NCBI RefSeq assembly: GCF_006345805.1
Contig: NC_043007.1
Location: 33,542,001 to 33,606,000, forward strand
Reading direction: 5' to 3'
Length of the DNA: 64,000 nucleotides
DNA from: Octopus sinensis
Lineage: Eukaryota
Numbering within the stretch: the stretch's first letter is position 1; the number at the start of each line of letters is the position of its first letter. This document shows, piece after piece, positions 12,696-26,030 of this stretch. Made by a program: the position numbers and the translations under genes. The notes under the pieces were generated by a model, which saw only the letters and a program-made list of their open reading frames with translations, searched no databases and was not told the origin of the DNA.

Positions 12696-14625
12696 AATGC
12701 CTTCTTAATAATGTTCAGCAAGGTAGCTTGCAAATAATAATCGAAGGTGTTCAGTTGTAATAAATGCTTTAATTGGTTTTCATTCCTGAGAATTTTTAAA
12801 AGAACACTTCAGTTAGAAATATTCTCTGAAATACAAATATGACTGGACTTGAAAAACAAAATGTTTAAAAACAAAGCCAAAAATAAAAATAATGATAATA
12901 ATAATAAAACTAGAAAAGCACTCGGAGAGCGCAGACCTCCACCAAGCAGCTCATTTCCACCCATATACACACATGCTGAAATTAATTCATCCTTAGTCGA
13001 AAGACACCTGTTGTTATGTCCTGTTATTTGCATTTGTATTTGTGTAACATTTCTCCGTCTTTTTTCCGTCCTTGTTTACATATATATTTGCTGCTTCTTC
13101 CAAGGAATCTAATGCTCTTAGCTTAGTTTTCGCTTTGGGCTGGCCAGATTGGAACAATCTCAAGTATAACCAGCTGAAATTGCAAAGATAATCTGGAACT
13201 TGACTGAGGAAAGAGAACTCTGAATGACTCGTCCTTGTTTCCTTGTATCATCTGTCTGGATGTTTTGTTGTCCCTTTTTTTGTATCACCTAACTGGATGT
13301 TTTGCACTCTTGTCCCATTTTGGTATTTTATATATATATATAATATATATATATAAAAAGTATATGATTGAGTATTATCTGGTAATTGATATTTGATTTC
13401 GATGTATTTCTCCATTTTTTATTTTGTATTATGAATTTGTGGCAAAACATTTTACCTTTGCCCATATAATACAATAAATTAATTAATTGTATCGCAATTC
13501 TTAACATTTATGTATTAACTTTGTTGGGTACCTCACTAGCAGTATATTGGATATATGGTATCCCATGGTGGGTTGCATTTACAAGCCCTATCTCAATTTG
13601 TATATATATATATATAACTACACTCTCGGAGTGGTTGGCGTTAGGAAGGGCATCCAGCTGTAGAAACACTGCCAGATCTGACTGGCCTGGTGCAGCCTTC
13701 GGGCTTGCCAGACCCCAGTTGAACCGTCCAACCCATGCTAGCATGGAAAGCGGACGTTAAACGATGATGATGATATATTTATACTTATGTTTGAGTATAT
13801 TTGCCTCTACAAATTTTAATTAACTCATCATGCAAGACGATCAAAATGCAGGCATTAAAATGATGATGTTGATGAAGATTATTATGATGTTAATGATAAT
13901 CATGATAATGATGGAGATAGTAGTAGCGATGATGTTGGTGATGATGATGATGATGAAGTGAATAACGGGTTTTTCAGAAAAGATGATTTGATTTAAGGTC
14001 TGTTGGATTATGGTCAACTTGGAACTAAACAACAACTACTGAAAATGGTAAAAGCATATGATAGCACTGGACTAAACGCATACCAGGAATTCAGCTGAGC
14101 ACCATGTTATAAGGCACATGACTTACAAGGATTGTTGATCACTTTGCAATAATTAAATAGTTAACACCAGGTCTCAGCCCTGGTGTTAAATGAACCAAAT
14201 ATCAAGGATATTCAAATAGTGACCACTTAATGATTTTTCCTTGAGTATTTATATTATTTAGTATTACAGTATCTAATATGTGCACCTCCTTCCGACCTCC
14301 ACCTCATCACTTTCCAAGACAGTAAAGTGTGGATTGAGGGAGATTTGGCTGTTGTTTCTAGTAGGCCAAGAGACTCCGACAAAGACCCTCTCATTGATTC
14401 AGTATAAAACAAGGTTGTTGCAACCACCACCACCACCACCACTACCACTATCACTACCACTACTACTACATTTCTGATTAGCAGCTGTAATTAGTATTAT
14501 AAACATGATAACCCTAATTAGTAGCTGTCTGAAAAGGTCATGAAAATATTGCCTTCCTATTTGGGCATAGTTTTTATACAGATATGATAATAATAATAAT
14601 AATAATAATAATAATAGCAATAATA

Positions 14626-14693
<68 letters not shown>

Positions 14694-15322
14694 AATGCCT
14701 TCTTAATAATGTTCAGCAAGGTAGCTTGCAAATAATAATCGAAGGTGTTCAGTTGTAATAAATGCTTTAATTGGTTTTCATTCCTGAGAATTTTTAAAAG
14801 AACACTTCAGTTAGAAATATTCTCTGAATACAAATATGACTGGACTTGAAAAACAAAATGTTTAAAAACAAAGCCAAAAATAAAAATAATGATAATAATA
14901 ATAAAACTAGAAAAGCACTCGGAGAGCGCAGACCTCCACCAAGCAGCTCATTTCCACCCATATACACACATGCTGAAATTTAATTCATCCTTAGTCGAAA
15001 GACACCTGTTGTTATGTCCTGTTATTTGCATTTGTATTTGTGTAACATTTCTCCGTCTTTTTTCCGTCCTTGTTTACATATATATTTGCTGCTTTCTTCC
15101 AAGGAATCTAATGCTCTTAGCTTAGTTTTCGCTTTGGGCTGGCCAGATTGGAACAATCTCAAGTATAACCAGCTGAAATTGCAAAGATAATCTGGAACTT
15201 GACTGAGGAAAGAGAACTCTGAATGACTCGTCCTTGTTTCCTTGTATCATCTGTCTGGATGTTTTGTTGTCCCTTTTTTTGTATCACCTAACTGGATGTT
15301 TTGCACTCTTGTCCCATTTTGG

Positions 15323-15340
<18 letters not shown>
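11345..15340. repeat. Tandem duplication, 2 x ~1995 bp
   Basis: Identical ORF-track peptides at offsets of 1994-1995 (11527 vs 13521; 12285 vs 14280); unit boundaries lie in (TA)n. Confidence 0.95.
12910..12946 (-). mobile_element. Helitron-type 3' terminus (second copy ~14907-14943)
   Basis: Minus strand ggaggtct-GCGCTC-tcc-GAGTGC-tttt-CTAG|T: subterminal hairpin, CTAG, then T. Confidence 0.6.
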
Positions 15341-15361
<21 letters not shown>

Positions 15362-15364
<3 letters not shown>

Positions 15365-15570
15365 TTTCTACTATAGGCAGAAGGCCTGAAATTTTGGGGA
15401 AGGAGGCTAGTTGATTACATTGATCCCAGTGTGTAATTGGCACTTATTTCATCAACCCTGAAAGGATGAAAGGCACAGTTGACCTTGGCAAAATTTGAAC
15501 TCAGAACATAAGAATGGACCGAATGCAGCTAAGCATTTTGCCTGGAATGCTAACAATTCTGCCAGCTTGC
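15362..15570 (-). mobile_element. SINE family B variant
   Basis: 'aaaggatgaaaggcacagttgaccttggcaaaatttgaactcagaac...ttctgccagcttgc'; the same variant tail 'cctttctactataggc..aaggcctgaaatttt' occurs at ~3025 and reversed at ~10535. Confidence 0.75.
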
Positions 15571-15594
15571 TATCTTTATATGTAGGTATATATA

Positions 15595-15647
<53 letters not shown>

Positions 15648-15650
15648 AAT

Positions 15651-15682
<32 letters not shown>

Positions 15683-16696
15683 GCATATATATATATATAT
15701 AATATATATATATATATGTACACAAACATGTATGTATGTATGTATGTACACCATACTAATGATACTCAGCATACACCTGTGAACCTGAGCTGAGAATACA
15801 ATAGGGAGGGAGCACATACCCATAGTATTCAGGATAATCTTTGTTATGTGAGATTCCTTGACTGAGTTTAGTTAGCTATGCTACACATTGCAGGCTGGTT
15901 TTATGTCATTTCTTTCACGTACATTATAGCATTCTAGGTTCTAGGTACCCTATGACTGAAGGAATACAAAAGACAGGAAGTCCACAACTAGTATTATTTT
16001 GATTACAGACATGTCAATCAAAGGTGACCAGGGGCCAAACAATAGCTATATTCATAGAGACATTTGTTACCTATAATATCAAATATTTGAGCAGTAATAT
16101 TGTGAAGATGGGATTGTCACTAAAGGTATTATGAAAAAGATTACGTCAACATGTACTTGAAATATTATAGTATCTTTAACTTTTAATTTGAGGTCAACCT
16201 TGATTAAGCAGACTTATAATCAAAGAAAGACATTCCAGTCATGAAACCACTATCGTTTTAGGGGTATGTTGGATTATATCTTCTAACATGACCTTTCCTT
16301 TTATACATAAAAGAATTGATCTGATTTGTGAGAAATTTAGCTATTATTTCTAGTGGTTACAGCAACCAGGTAGAGGCTCCTAGATTTGGTGTGTGTCCTA
16401 CAAATATATATTATATCCAAAGTGCATTGAAAAAATATGCAAAATATTTCAAAAGTGCATTGTATGATTCAGTAAATAATACAAAAAAATTGTTTGAATT
16501 TTTAGGCGTTATCTTAAAAAGATAAATGTGACGAGATTTATAGAGGTAGAGGATTAGATTCATATCTACCTTCAAAACGTTAGAATGTGTGTGTGTATGT
16601 GTGTGTGTGTGTGTGTGTGCCTGTGCGTGTGTGTGCCTGTGCGTGTATGTGCATGTATGTGTGTGTATGTATGTGAGTGAGTGTGTGTGTGTTTGT

Positions 16697-16750
<54 letters not shown>

Positions 16751-16755
16751 ATATA

Positions 16756-16829
<74 letters not shown>

Positions 16830-16926
16830 TACAGCAAAAATTTAGATTCAGATGAATATGGTACTTAAGTTGAGGCACCAAAATTTAATACGGTATTATC
16901 CATACAATTTCAAAATAATTTCTTTG

Positions 16927-17012
16927 TGCAGCTGAAGATTATCTACATTTTAAATTGATGTAATGATTGCATTGTTCAAATAAATGGAGTTGCATGAAAC
17001 GACCGTACTGCA
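16927..17012 (+). ncRNA. Hammerhead ribozyme motif with long stem II
   Basis: UGCAG-CUGAAGA-[~57 nt]-GAAA-CGACCG-UA-CUGCA: perfect 5-bp stem I, GUA cleavage triplet. Confidence 0.7.
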
Positions 17013-17099
17013 TTACCTCTGCATATCCTTGTTGCCTATTTTGATTTTTATATAGATAGATAGATAGAAACAAATAAAAGAATAAGGGAATATATGTAT

Positions 17100-17167
<68 letters not shown>

Positions 17168-17812
17168 CACATGCACACATACGTACGCACATATATGTAT
17201 GTATATATACATATATGTATATACATATACATGCATATTTATATATATATTTCTTTATCTAAGGAGAGGCCTATTTTACCAATTGGCTTTATACATGAGA
17301 GTTAGGGAAGAATACCTATCCCTAGGACTCATCAGAAGGGCTGATATGAAGAACATGTTTTCATCCGACTTTGCATCACATCATACCACATTCTTTATGT
17401 CTGTTTCCATTTGTATGCGATGTTATTCTTGGCTGTTACAAGCAAACTTATCTTCCTTTACAGATTCAATTAACAAAGTTGACATGTTGATACAATTACA
17501 CCTGTCTTATCGCCTACTACATAGATGCTATGATATGGAACTGCAGTATTGTGTGGCTTGAAACAAGGACTAGATAGACATCCAACAACTGATGAAGATT
17601 CCTTTCTCTGTGTTAACTTGTCCTGTTTTCCATTTGTTTCTTCTTTCTCGTTTATGTATTTCACTCATCTTTCTCTCATTTGTTTATGTATTTCATGTTA
17701 TTTGCACTGTTGGTCACGTCCTGTACTCATATATGCATGGATATATATATATGTCTTATACATTATTTATTACTTAATTGAACGTGACGCATTCATTTCC
17801 AAGTAAGTATAT

Positions 17813-17847
<35 letters not shown>

Positions 17848-17870
17848 CTATATATATATATATATATATG

Positions 17871-17944
17871 TTATAGTAAGGGCATTACTACATGTAAATG
17901 CCTCATGCGTGAGATATTTATGTGTAGTAATGCCCTTAGTATAA
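17871..17944 (+). repeat. 74-nt near-perfect hairpin
   Basis: ttatagtaagggcattactacatgtaaatgcctca-tgcg-tgagatatttatgtgtagtaatgcccttagtataa. Confidence 0.85.
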
Positions 17945-18403
17945 TGAATGTATTTAAAGGGAATAATAATAAATTTTTCCCTTATATGATTTTCACGCTG
18001 ACTACTTGATAAATTCTTATACAGATTTTAGCTTATATTTAATTTTAAATAAATATACACACACACACACATACATATATACATGTATACAGACACAGGC
18101 ACAGACACAGACACACACACACAATCACACACACACACATATATATATATATACACATAAGCAAATTATATATATGTGGGGTTTAGTAAAGAAAGAGATT
18201 GCTCTTTCCAGGGATGTCTTACATCCAAGCTTCCTCTGGTTTATCCAATATATCTTAGAATTTACCGGAATTTGATTCTCTAGTGTCGGTATTAATGTTT
18301 AATACACTAGTACTGTACTCATTATAGAGTTCCAGTAGTCCGTTTAAATGTTTCCCTCTGATTTGATATATGCGAACAGAAATTTAGCATATATATTAAT
18401 ATA

Positions 18404-18732
18404 AGAAAATGGGTGAGTTTAAATACAGCCAAATCATTTTATTTACATAGCTGTTGATTATGTAAGATCTATGATTGTTTCAATATCTGCTTTCATTCCT
18501 TTTACAATTAACAATTGCATTATGAATTCAGAAGACAGAAATTTCTTCAGGGTTCAACTCTCAGTCTATTAGGATGTAAATGACATAACATATCAATTTT
18601 GACCCTGAAAAGATTTCTGCCTTCTGAATTCATAATGCAATTGTTAAATGCAAAATGAATGAAGGCAGATATTGAAACGTAATCAAAAGGTATGTAAATA
18701 AATTGATTTGCCTGTATTCACACTCACCATTT

Positions 18733-18735
<3 letters not shown>
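18404..18735. mobile_element. Inverted repeat (~150-bp arms), each arm carrying a hammerhead motif
   Basis: 18404-18553 is the reverse complement of ~18600-18735. Plus arm CUGAAAA-GAUUUCUGCCUUC...GAAGGCAGAUAUU-GAAA-C-GUA; minus arm CUGAAGA-AAUUUCUGUCUUC...GAAAGCAGAUAUU-GAAA-C. Confidence 0.75.
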
Positions 18736-18769
<34 letters not shown>

Positions 18770-18863
18770 ATCCAAACAAGAAAACACAAAAAAACACAAC
18801 AACGCGAGGACGTGGAACAAATATAGTATTATTGGATGCTCAGGAAAGAAGGGAAGAAGGAGG

Positions 18864-18898
18864 GTTTAATGTTTCGAGTGGAGCTCTTCGTCAGAAAC
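18864..18898 (-). ncRNA. Minimal hammerhead motif (family H1b), cassette ~18765-18970
   Basis: GUUU-CUGACGA-A-GAG-CUCCA-CUC-GAAA-C-AUU-AAAC; cassette is homologous to 44815-44952. Confidence 0.7.
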
Positions 18899-19317
18899 AT
18901 AGGAGAAGGAAAGATCCCAAGAAGGGAAGACAGAGGAAAAAAGTCGCCAACGGTACACACGAGGTCACATTATATATATATATATATGCACACACACACA
19001 TATAAGCATATATATATATATATACATATTAGCAATAATCATAATGATATTGAATATGGAGATTTGTTCATCCTCAAAATTTATTTCCTTTTCTTTAACA
19101 ATTTCAAACAACATATTTAAATTTCCTGGTGGCTGTGTGGTAAGTAGCTTGCTTACCAACCACATGGTTCTGGGTTTGTTCCCACTGCATGGCACCTTGG
19201 GCGAGTGTCTTCTACTATAGCCTTGGGCCTTTACCTAACACACAGTTCTACATCATACAACACAGAGTAGATAACAAAAATCTTTAAACAGCTATATCGA
19301 AGGATATCATGTAAATA

Positions 19318-19398
19318 CCCTGAAGAAACTGCACCGGTATTATAGTAGGGCTGTAATTTCAATGGTTAGTAATCGGTGCAATTGAAACATGTGCTGGT
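19318..19398 (+). ncRNA. Hammerhead motif with long stem II and degenerate cleavage site
   Basis: CUGAAGA-AACUGCACCGGUAUUA...UAGUAAUCGGUGCAAUU-GAAA-CAUG-U-G; palindrome ACAUGU; triplet is GUG, not NUH. Confidence 0.55.
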
Positions 19399-19468
19399 CT
19401 TTTTGTTAGGCAGTATATTAAAGAATTAAATGCAACTTCATAGTAATCCTTATCATCAATATTGTTAA

Positions 19469-19866
19469 CTAGCAGTATCGCCCGGCGTTGCTCGGGTTTG
19501 TAAGGGAAATAACTATATAAGCATTTTTAGAGAGTTACAGGCAAAAAATAGCAAAAAAAATGCATTAAAAATGGAAAAAAAATTATGGTAAATTTTTTTT
19601 AAATCGTTGACTCATCGTAGACATTTTTAGAGAGTTACTTCCCTTATATAATAGCGAAAAAATGCATTAAAATGGAAAAAAATGATGGTAAATTATTTTT
19701 AAAATCGTAGACTCATCGTAGACGCGCACTAATACCCAGAGGGGCTTGATATGAATCACAACTATAAGATGCCCGGTTTTGGTTAAACTGCACTGCAAAA
19801 TGTGGGAGTAGTTAGGAATCTAAATCATAGAAGACAGACACACAACTTCACTTTTATATATAAAGA
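19469..19866 (-). mobile_element. Complete non-autonomous Helitron (~398 bp)
   Basis: Minus strand begins A|TCtttatatataaaag and ends with hairpin cccgagcaacgccggg + cgatactgCTAG|T; A/T insertion site, no TSD; internal ~110-bp duplication. Confidence 0.85.
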
Positions 19867-21489
19867 TATATATATATATGTGTGTGTGTGTGTGTACATG
19901 CAGAAAACACACACTGTAGAAAGAAGCCCAATGATCCAAGTGTTTTTCTAATTTTTCATATCATGTCACGGTCAACACTGCATATCTACTATGTTTAATT
20001 ATTCTCTCATCACTGCTTTGGCAATATGGTGAAGTTCATGCTTCGCTGAACATGCAACCAGTATTTTCAAAATCAATATTAATTGTTAATCTACTCCTAT
20101 CTTTTCCTCACCACATAATTAAATCCTCACCACCACCACCATCATCATCATTTAGCATCCATTTTCTATGCTAGCATGGGTTGGATAATTTGAAAAGAGC
20201 TGACGAGCCAGAGGGTTACATCAAGCTCTTTTGTCAGTTTTGGCATGATTTCTATGGCTGGATGCCCTTCTTAATTTACAGAGTGTTTTGGGTTTTTTTT
20301 TTTTTCTGTAATGCCAGCACTGGCAGGGTCACCAAGTAACTCAAGACAAGACAAAGTCCTCTCAACTGGGGAGCAGGGAATAGTATTGAGGGAGATGGCT
20401 TTGTGTGGTTAAAGAATAATAGAAGGATAGAGATGGGTGTTTCACTGTGGAAGAAATGCAAGGATATCCCAGTTGGAGAAGGCAGCAAAAGAGAGAGATT
20501 TAGAGAAAAAGATAGAGATGAAGATGGAGAGAGATGAGGAAACTGAGAGAGACGATGATAGAAATGTGTCAGGACACACCCTCAAGGTACAGTGGAGTAG
20601 GGTGTGAATATAGGTGAAGTGACACAGAAGATTGGACTAGGTGAATGGATAGGAGGGAAAAATGGGAAAATTTCATAAGAAAGTGAGGTGAGATCGCTAG
20701 ATGAGATACAGTAAGCTTCTTACAGTTTCCATCTACCAAATCCATTCATAAGGCTTTGGTTTTCCTCAGGGTATAGTAGAAAACACTTGCCCAAGGTGCC
20801 ACACAATGGAACTGAACCCAGAACCATGTGGCTGGGAAGCAATTATCTCACCATACAGCCTGCAGCTATGTATCTAAATATTTCACACCACATGTACAAT
20901 AATATACGTCTATTTAACAAATCTCTTAATCATACTTTGGCAAATACAGGGAAGGCTATGTTACACTGAAGAGGTGAAATGAAACTAAAACAATGCTAGA
21001 ATTGTCTCCCTTTCATGAAATGATCCTAAAAAGATAAATACTAGTCACTGAGTTAATGTTGACTTATCCTATCCCTCTTAAGTGTTACTAATTAGAGATT
21101 GTTGATACAGACTACGTTAAATATGATAACATTAAATAAGCAAGTGGCTTATTTTTCAAGTTGCTCTTAGAAACCTGGTGCTAATGGTAAGTAAACAAAC
21201 AAACGGAGGAAAAAATTCAAATCTGGTTGATAAAAAGTCATAGACACTAGCATTTCCTAGGTTTTATATTTACTAATACAATGACAGTAGCTAAAAATAA
21301 AAAGATAAAAATAAATAAAAATAAAATAAATGATAGATGAAAAAAAGATAAAGAAGATAAAATGCGAATAACAGTAAAATGAAATGAATCAAAATACGAT
21401 AATAATCATTTTAATGGGGTAGATAAGCTAAGACGGTGTTGAAATATCAATAAATTTAGATACTTTAGTTTCCAAACATATATACATAC

Positions 21490-21592
<103 letters not shown>

Positions 21593-21594
21593 CA

Positions 21595-21641
<47 letters not shown>

Positions 21642-22356
21642 GTAAAAGTGCATCTGTGTGTGTGCATGTATATACATATACACACTCACAAATGTGCATG
21701 CACACACACATATGCGCACACGTGCACACATACATACACACACTCATGTATATAAGTATATATGTAAAAAAACACATACACATTATTTGCATCGCCACTT
21801 ATTTCTCTGGACTCGTTTCTATTTCTATTATCTGGGTGTGTATATATATAGATATAGATATTATTTTATGCTTTTACAAGTTTTAGTCTTTCGTCTGCAG
21901 TCATTCTGTGGTGCCGCTCTCAAGAATTTAAGTTGATTACTTTGATGCTCCACCCGAAATTTTGTTTGGTATTTATTCGATTAATCACTCTTAAGGTAGA
22001 ATGTGTTTTCGTATGACATCAACAGGAATAACCAAAAGCGCACACAGAAGCTTACATGTATCTGAGTCTCTGCATGGTCTCCATCAACTAAATTCCACTC
22101 ACAAGGAATTGGTCAACTTGAGACTATTGTGGAAAACACTTAACCAAAGTCTAACTCAGGTGGATCAAGCCGGGAAGTATGGAGTTGTAAAGCAAGCTTC
22201 TTAGCCAATCAAATATGCTTGTAGTACCACAAAAAAAAAAAAAAAATAAGCTTACACCACTGCACACTTAGACAAAATCATTTTTGTTTAAAGTATCTTC
22301 CTGAATATTTCTGGGTCCTGAAACCCTAAAAACAGACAAGTGTTGTTTTGCCTACC

Positions 22357-22735
22357 ATCATCATCATCATCATTTAGTGTCTGCTTTCCATGCTAACATG
22401 GGTTGCACGGTTCAACTGGGGTCTGGGAAACCAGAAGGCTGCACCAGGCCCAGTCTGATCTGGCAATGTTTCTACGGCTGGATGCCCTTCCTAACGCCAA
22501 CCACTCTGTGAGTGTAGTGGGTGCTTTTTACGTGCCACCAGCACAGGTGCCAAACGGGGATGGCAAACAGCCACGGTCGGATGGTGCTTTTTATGGAGGC
22601 CAGGCGAGGTTGGCAACGGCCACAATCAAATGGTGCTTTTTAGGTGCCACCAGCACGGAGTCCCGTTGGAGCAGCACTGGCAACGGCCACGTTCGGATGG
22701 TTCGCTTACATGTCACTGGCACTGGTATCACTATG
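22357..22735 (-). mobile_element. RTE LINE 3' UTR fragment
   Basis: (CAT)n tail, conserved terminus and 'ggtgcttttt' repeat units. Confidence 0.85.
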
Positions 22736-23222
22736 AAAATGGGAAATAAATTTCCACCCATACATCAATGATAGACAATTCATAATGGATACTGAGAAAA
22801 TACATTTGTTTGTTTATTTAACCTTTTTTTTTCAATGTTAGCATGGAATATTTAAAAAATAAGTAAGAGTTGGTGTCATAAGGGGCATTTCATTTTAGAA
22901 TGCAGAATTCAGATACAACACTTGCCAACATGGAAAACGTAGGTATAAAAACGATGAAGAATATGATGATGACAATGTATGTGTGTATGTGTATGCATTT
23001 ACACAGACATGCAGAAAGTAAATAGACACATTTAATTTTCAAAATTTCTGATCTAAGCATCTTAATATATTTTCAGTGGCGTAGAATTTACAAAGTAATT
23101 ATTCTTTTTCATTCCAGGTGCCATTATATCAAGAACAATTAGAGATGACAAATATATTCCAGTGCATCACTAAAGAGTGCAGATGCATTACAAAAGTGCA
23201 GATGCATTAAAAATGTAATCAA

Positions 23223-23388
23223 GGCGCAGGAGTGGCTGTGTGGTAAGTAGCTTGTTTACCAACCACATGGTTCTGGGTTCAGTCCCACTGCGTGGCACCT
23301 TGGGCAAGTATCTTCTGCTCTAGCCTCGGGCCGACCAAAGCCTTGTGAGCGGATTTGGTAGACGGAAACTGAAAAGAAGTCCGTCGTA

Positions 23389-23432
<44 letters not shown>

Positions 23433-23655
23433 TATATATGCATGTGTGTGTTTGTGTGTCTGTATTTGTCCCCCTAGCATTGCTTGACAACCGATGCTGG
23501 TGTGTTTCTCTTCGGCAAACGAGACCGATAGAATAAGTACTGGGCTTACAAAAGAATAAGTCCCGGGGTCGAGTTGCTCGATTAAAGGCAGTGCTCCAGC
23601 ATGGCTGCAGTCAAATGACTGAAACAAGTAAAAGGGTAAAAAAAAGTAAGAGTAA
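23223..23655 (+). mobile_element. SINE family A, full length
   Basis: tRNA-like head (tggctgtgtggtaag / gggttcagtccc), 'accttgggcaagt', internal (TA)(TG) tract, tail 'gtgctccagcatggctgcagtcaaatgactgaaacaagtaaaag'. Confidence 0.9.
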
Positions 23656-24350
23656 GTATGTATGAAACTAAGAAATTGACAAAATGAAACAGGGTAAAAA
23701 CAACCTAATTTAAAGAAGGTAGTTCTGATGGAATGACCATTACAGAGATATCAAACAGGGGAAGAAACAAAATTAGGAAGAGCAGATCAGGGAGAAAGGA
23801 AATTCAACATGAATTCAATATGAATCTGAAGGTGAACATGATAAAACCTCTTAATATGCAAGCATTATTGCCTGACATGACTGTTTCTCGGTAATCAAAT
23901 ATGCTTTCAGTTCATGTATTATTCAGCCAAATATCAAACAAAATATAATAATTTTTTTTTTCGAAGATGTTGAACGAAGCGTCTATCACTTATGAATTAT
24001 ATAAATATCTGTACTTAAAAGCATAGTTTTCCATATTTTGACGTCATTTTATTTTCATTTTCAATGTATAAAAGTAGAATAAATGCAATTTGCCATGCAT
24101 GTGTGCAATAATCTACTCTTTCATGTATGTGGGTGTGTGTGTGTGTGTACATGTGTATGTATGTGTGTGTGTGTATGTTGTATATCTATCTGTCTATCAA
24201 CACACATACATAGGTGTTAGTTTACCTTATTCTAGGAATCCAGGGCATAGGCCTGGATTCCCATTTTCTTTGGCGTACACACACACACACACACACACAT
24301 AAATATAGTGACAGAGAGACAGAAAGAGTCACAGACAGACAGACAGACAA

Positions 24351-24390
<40 letters not shown>

Positions 24391-25338
24391 GGGGATTGAT
24401 ATATGGGTGCAGGTATTGCAGTGTGGCTAAGAAATTTACTTTGCAACCCTTTGATTTCGGGTTCAATCCCATTGTGTGACACCTTGGGCAAATATCTGCT
24501 ACAAGAGCCCAGAATTGGTCAAAGCCTTGTAAAGCACTTGGTTAAAGAAAACTGCGAAGTCCATCATGTATATGTATTTGTGTGTTTGTGTATGTATATG
24601 AGTGTGTGTGCATAATTGTGTATGTATATCGCCTTATGACATTGTGCACTAGTTGTAAATAGACATCGCTGTTATACATACAGTGTTATTTATTTGCAAT
24701 GGTCTGTGAAAAAATTATGTGGGTGAGGTAAAATATCACCTTGATAATAGTCAGGTGAGTAATGATAGCAAGAATTGTATACAACTGTTGCAAATTTGTT
24801 TCAATAACTTTTACCTTTTTGAAGCAGACACGGAAAAGCAGACATTAGAACAATGATGATGATGATTATGATAATGATGGTGTTAATTATAGATACATAT
24901 ATCATATATGAAAAATACATGCATATATATATATATATAACCCCCTTTTGTCTTTGCTCTTTTACACATTTCAGTCATCTGACTGTGGTCACGTTGGCCC
25001 CAGTATTTATTCTTTGTAAGCCTGATACTTATTCTATCAGTCTCTTTTGCCGAAATGCTAAGTATTGGGGACATAAACACACCAACATCGGTTGTCAAGT
25101 GACAGTGGGGGAACAAACACAGACACAAAGACTCACACACATAAATATATCTGCATATTTATATATACAAGATGGGCTTCTTTCAGTTTCCATCAACCAA
25201 ATCCACTCACAAAACTTTGGTCGGCCTGAGGCTACAGTAGAAGACACTAATCTCTGAGCCATTCATATATGTGTGTGTGTGTGTTTGTGTATTACACATA
25301 CATATAGACATACATATATGTATATATATATATATATA

Positions 25339-25650
25339 TAACGGGAAGCTTTATGAAAATAGACAAAAGACGAAGGCAGGTGGAAAACAAACAAACAATT
25401 GTATTAGTATGGCGCTCAGGAAATATAAATAAAACAAGTCTTTAACGTTTCGAGCCTACGCTCTTCAACAGAAAGATACACAGAGAGAAAAAAAACACAG
25501 AAAGAAGGAGAGAAAAAAAATGCGTGCAGTAACTAACGAATCAACATGGCGATCTGATTTCGGCCAGAAGTCAAAGATCAAACATGAGACGCGAGAGCGA
25601 AATAAGGGGAGATAATAGGGTTGATAATAGGGTTGAATGACCAGCTCCAA
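25339..25650 (-). mobile_element. H1-family hammerhead cassette; motif at 25439-25476
   Basis: UCUUU-CUGUUGA-A-GAGC-GUAG-GCUC-GAAA-C-GUU-AAAGA: perfect stems I and II, palindromic ACGU stem III. Confidence 0.75.
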
Positions 25651-25652
25651 CA

Positions 25653-26030
25653 TAAGGGTGTGTGTGTGTGAGAGAGTATTAGTGCGTATGAGAGGTCTGG
25701 ACTTGTGTATGTATAGGGTTGGTGTATGTATTAGTATGTATTAGTATGTATAAGGGTGTGTGTGTGTGTGTGTGTATGAGAGAGTATTAGTGCGTAGGAG
25801 AGGTCTGGACGTGTATATGTATAGGGTTGGTGTATGTATTAGTATGTATTAGTATGTATTAGTACGTATTAGTATGTATAAGGGTGTGTGTGTGTGTGTG
25901 TGTATGAGAGAGTATAAGTGTGTATGAGAGGTCTGGACGTGTGTATGTATAGGGTTGGTGTATGTATTAGTATGTATTAGTATGTATTAGTACGTATTAG
26001 TATGTATTAGTTGGTGTATGTATTAGTATG
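25653..26030. repeat. Minisatellite, 3 units of ~100-130 bp with nested (GT)n and 10-bp gtattagtat repeats
   Basis: 'taagggtgtgtg...gagaggtctggac..gtatagggttggtgtatgtattagtat' three times. Confidence 0.9.

Noticed and set aside
13203-13233. ctgagga-aagag-aa-ctct-gaatgactcgtc as a hammerhead
   Set aside because: GAAA absent, 2-nt loop and no convincing stem I.
16009-16125. Possible 117-nt plus-strand exon with AG/GT borders
   Set aside because: Peptide has no recognisable homology; splice signals alone are weak evidence.
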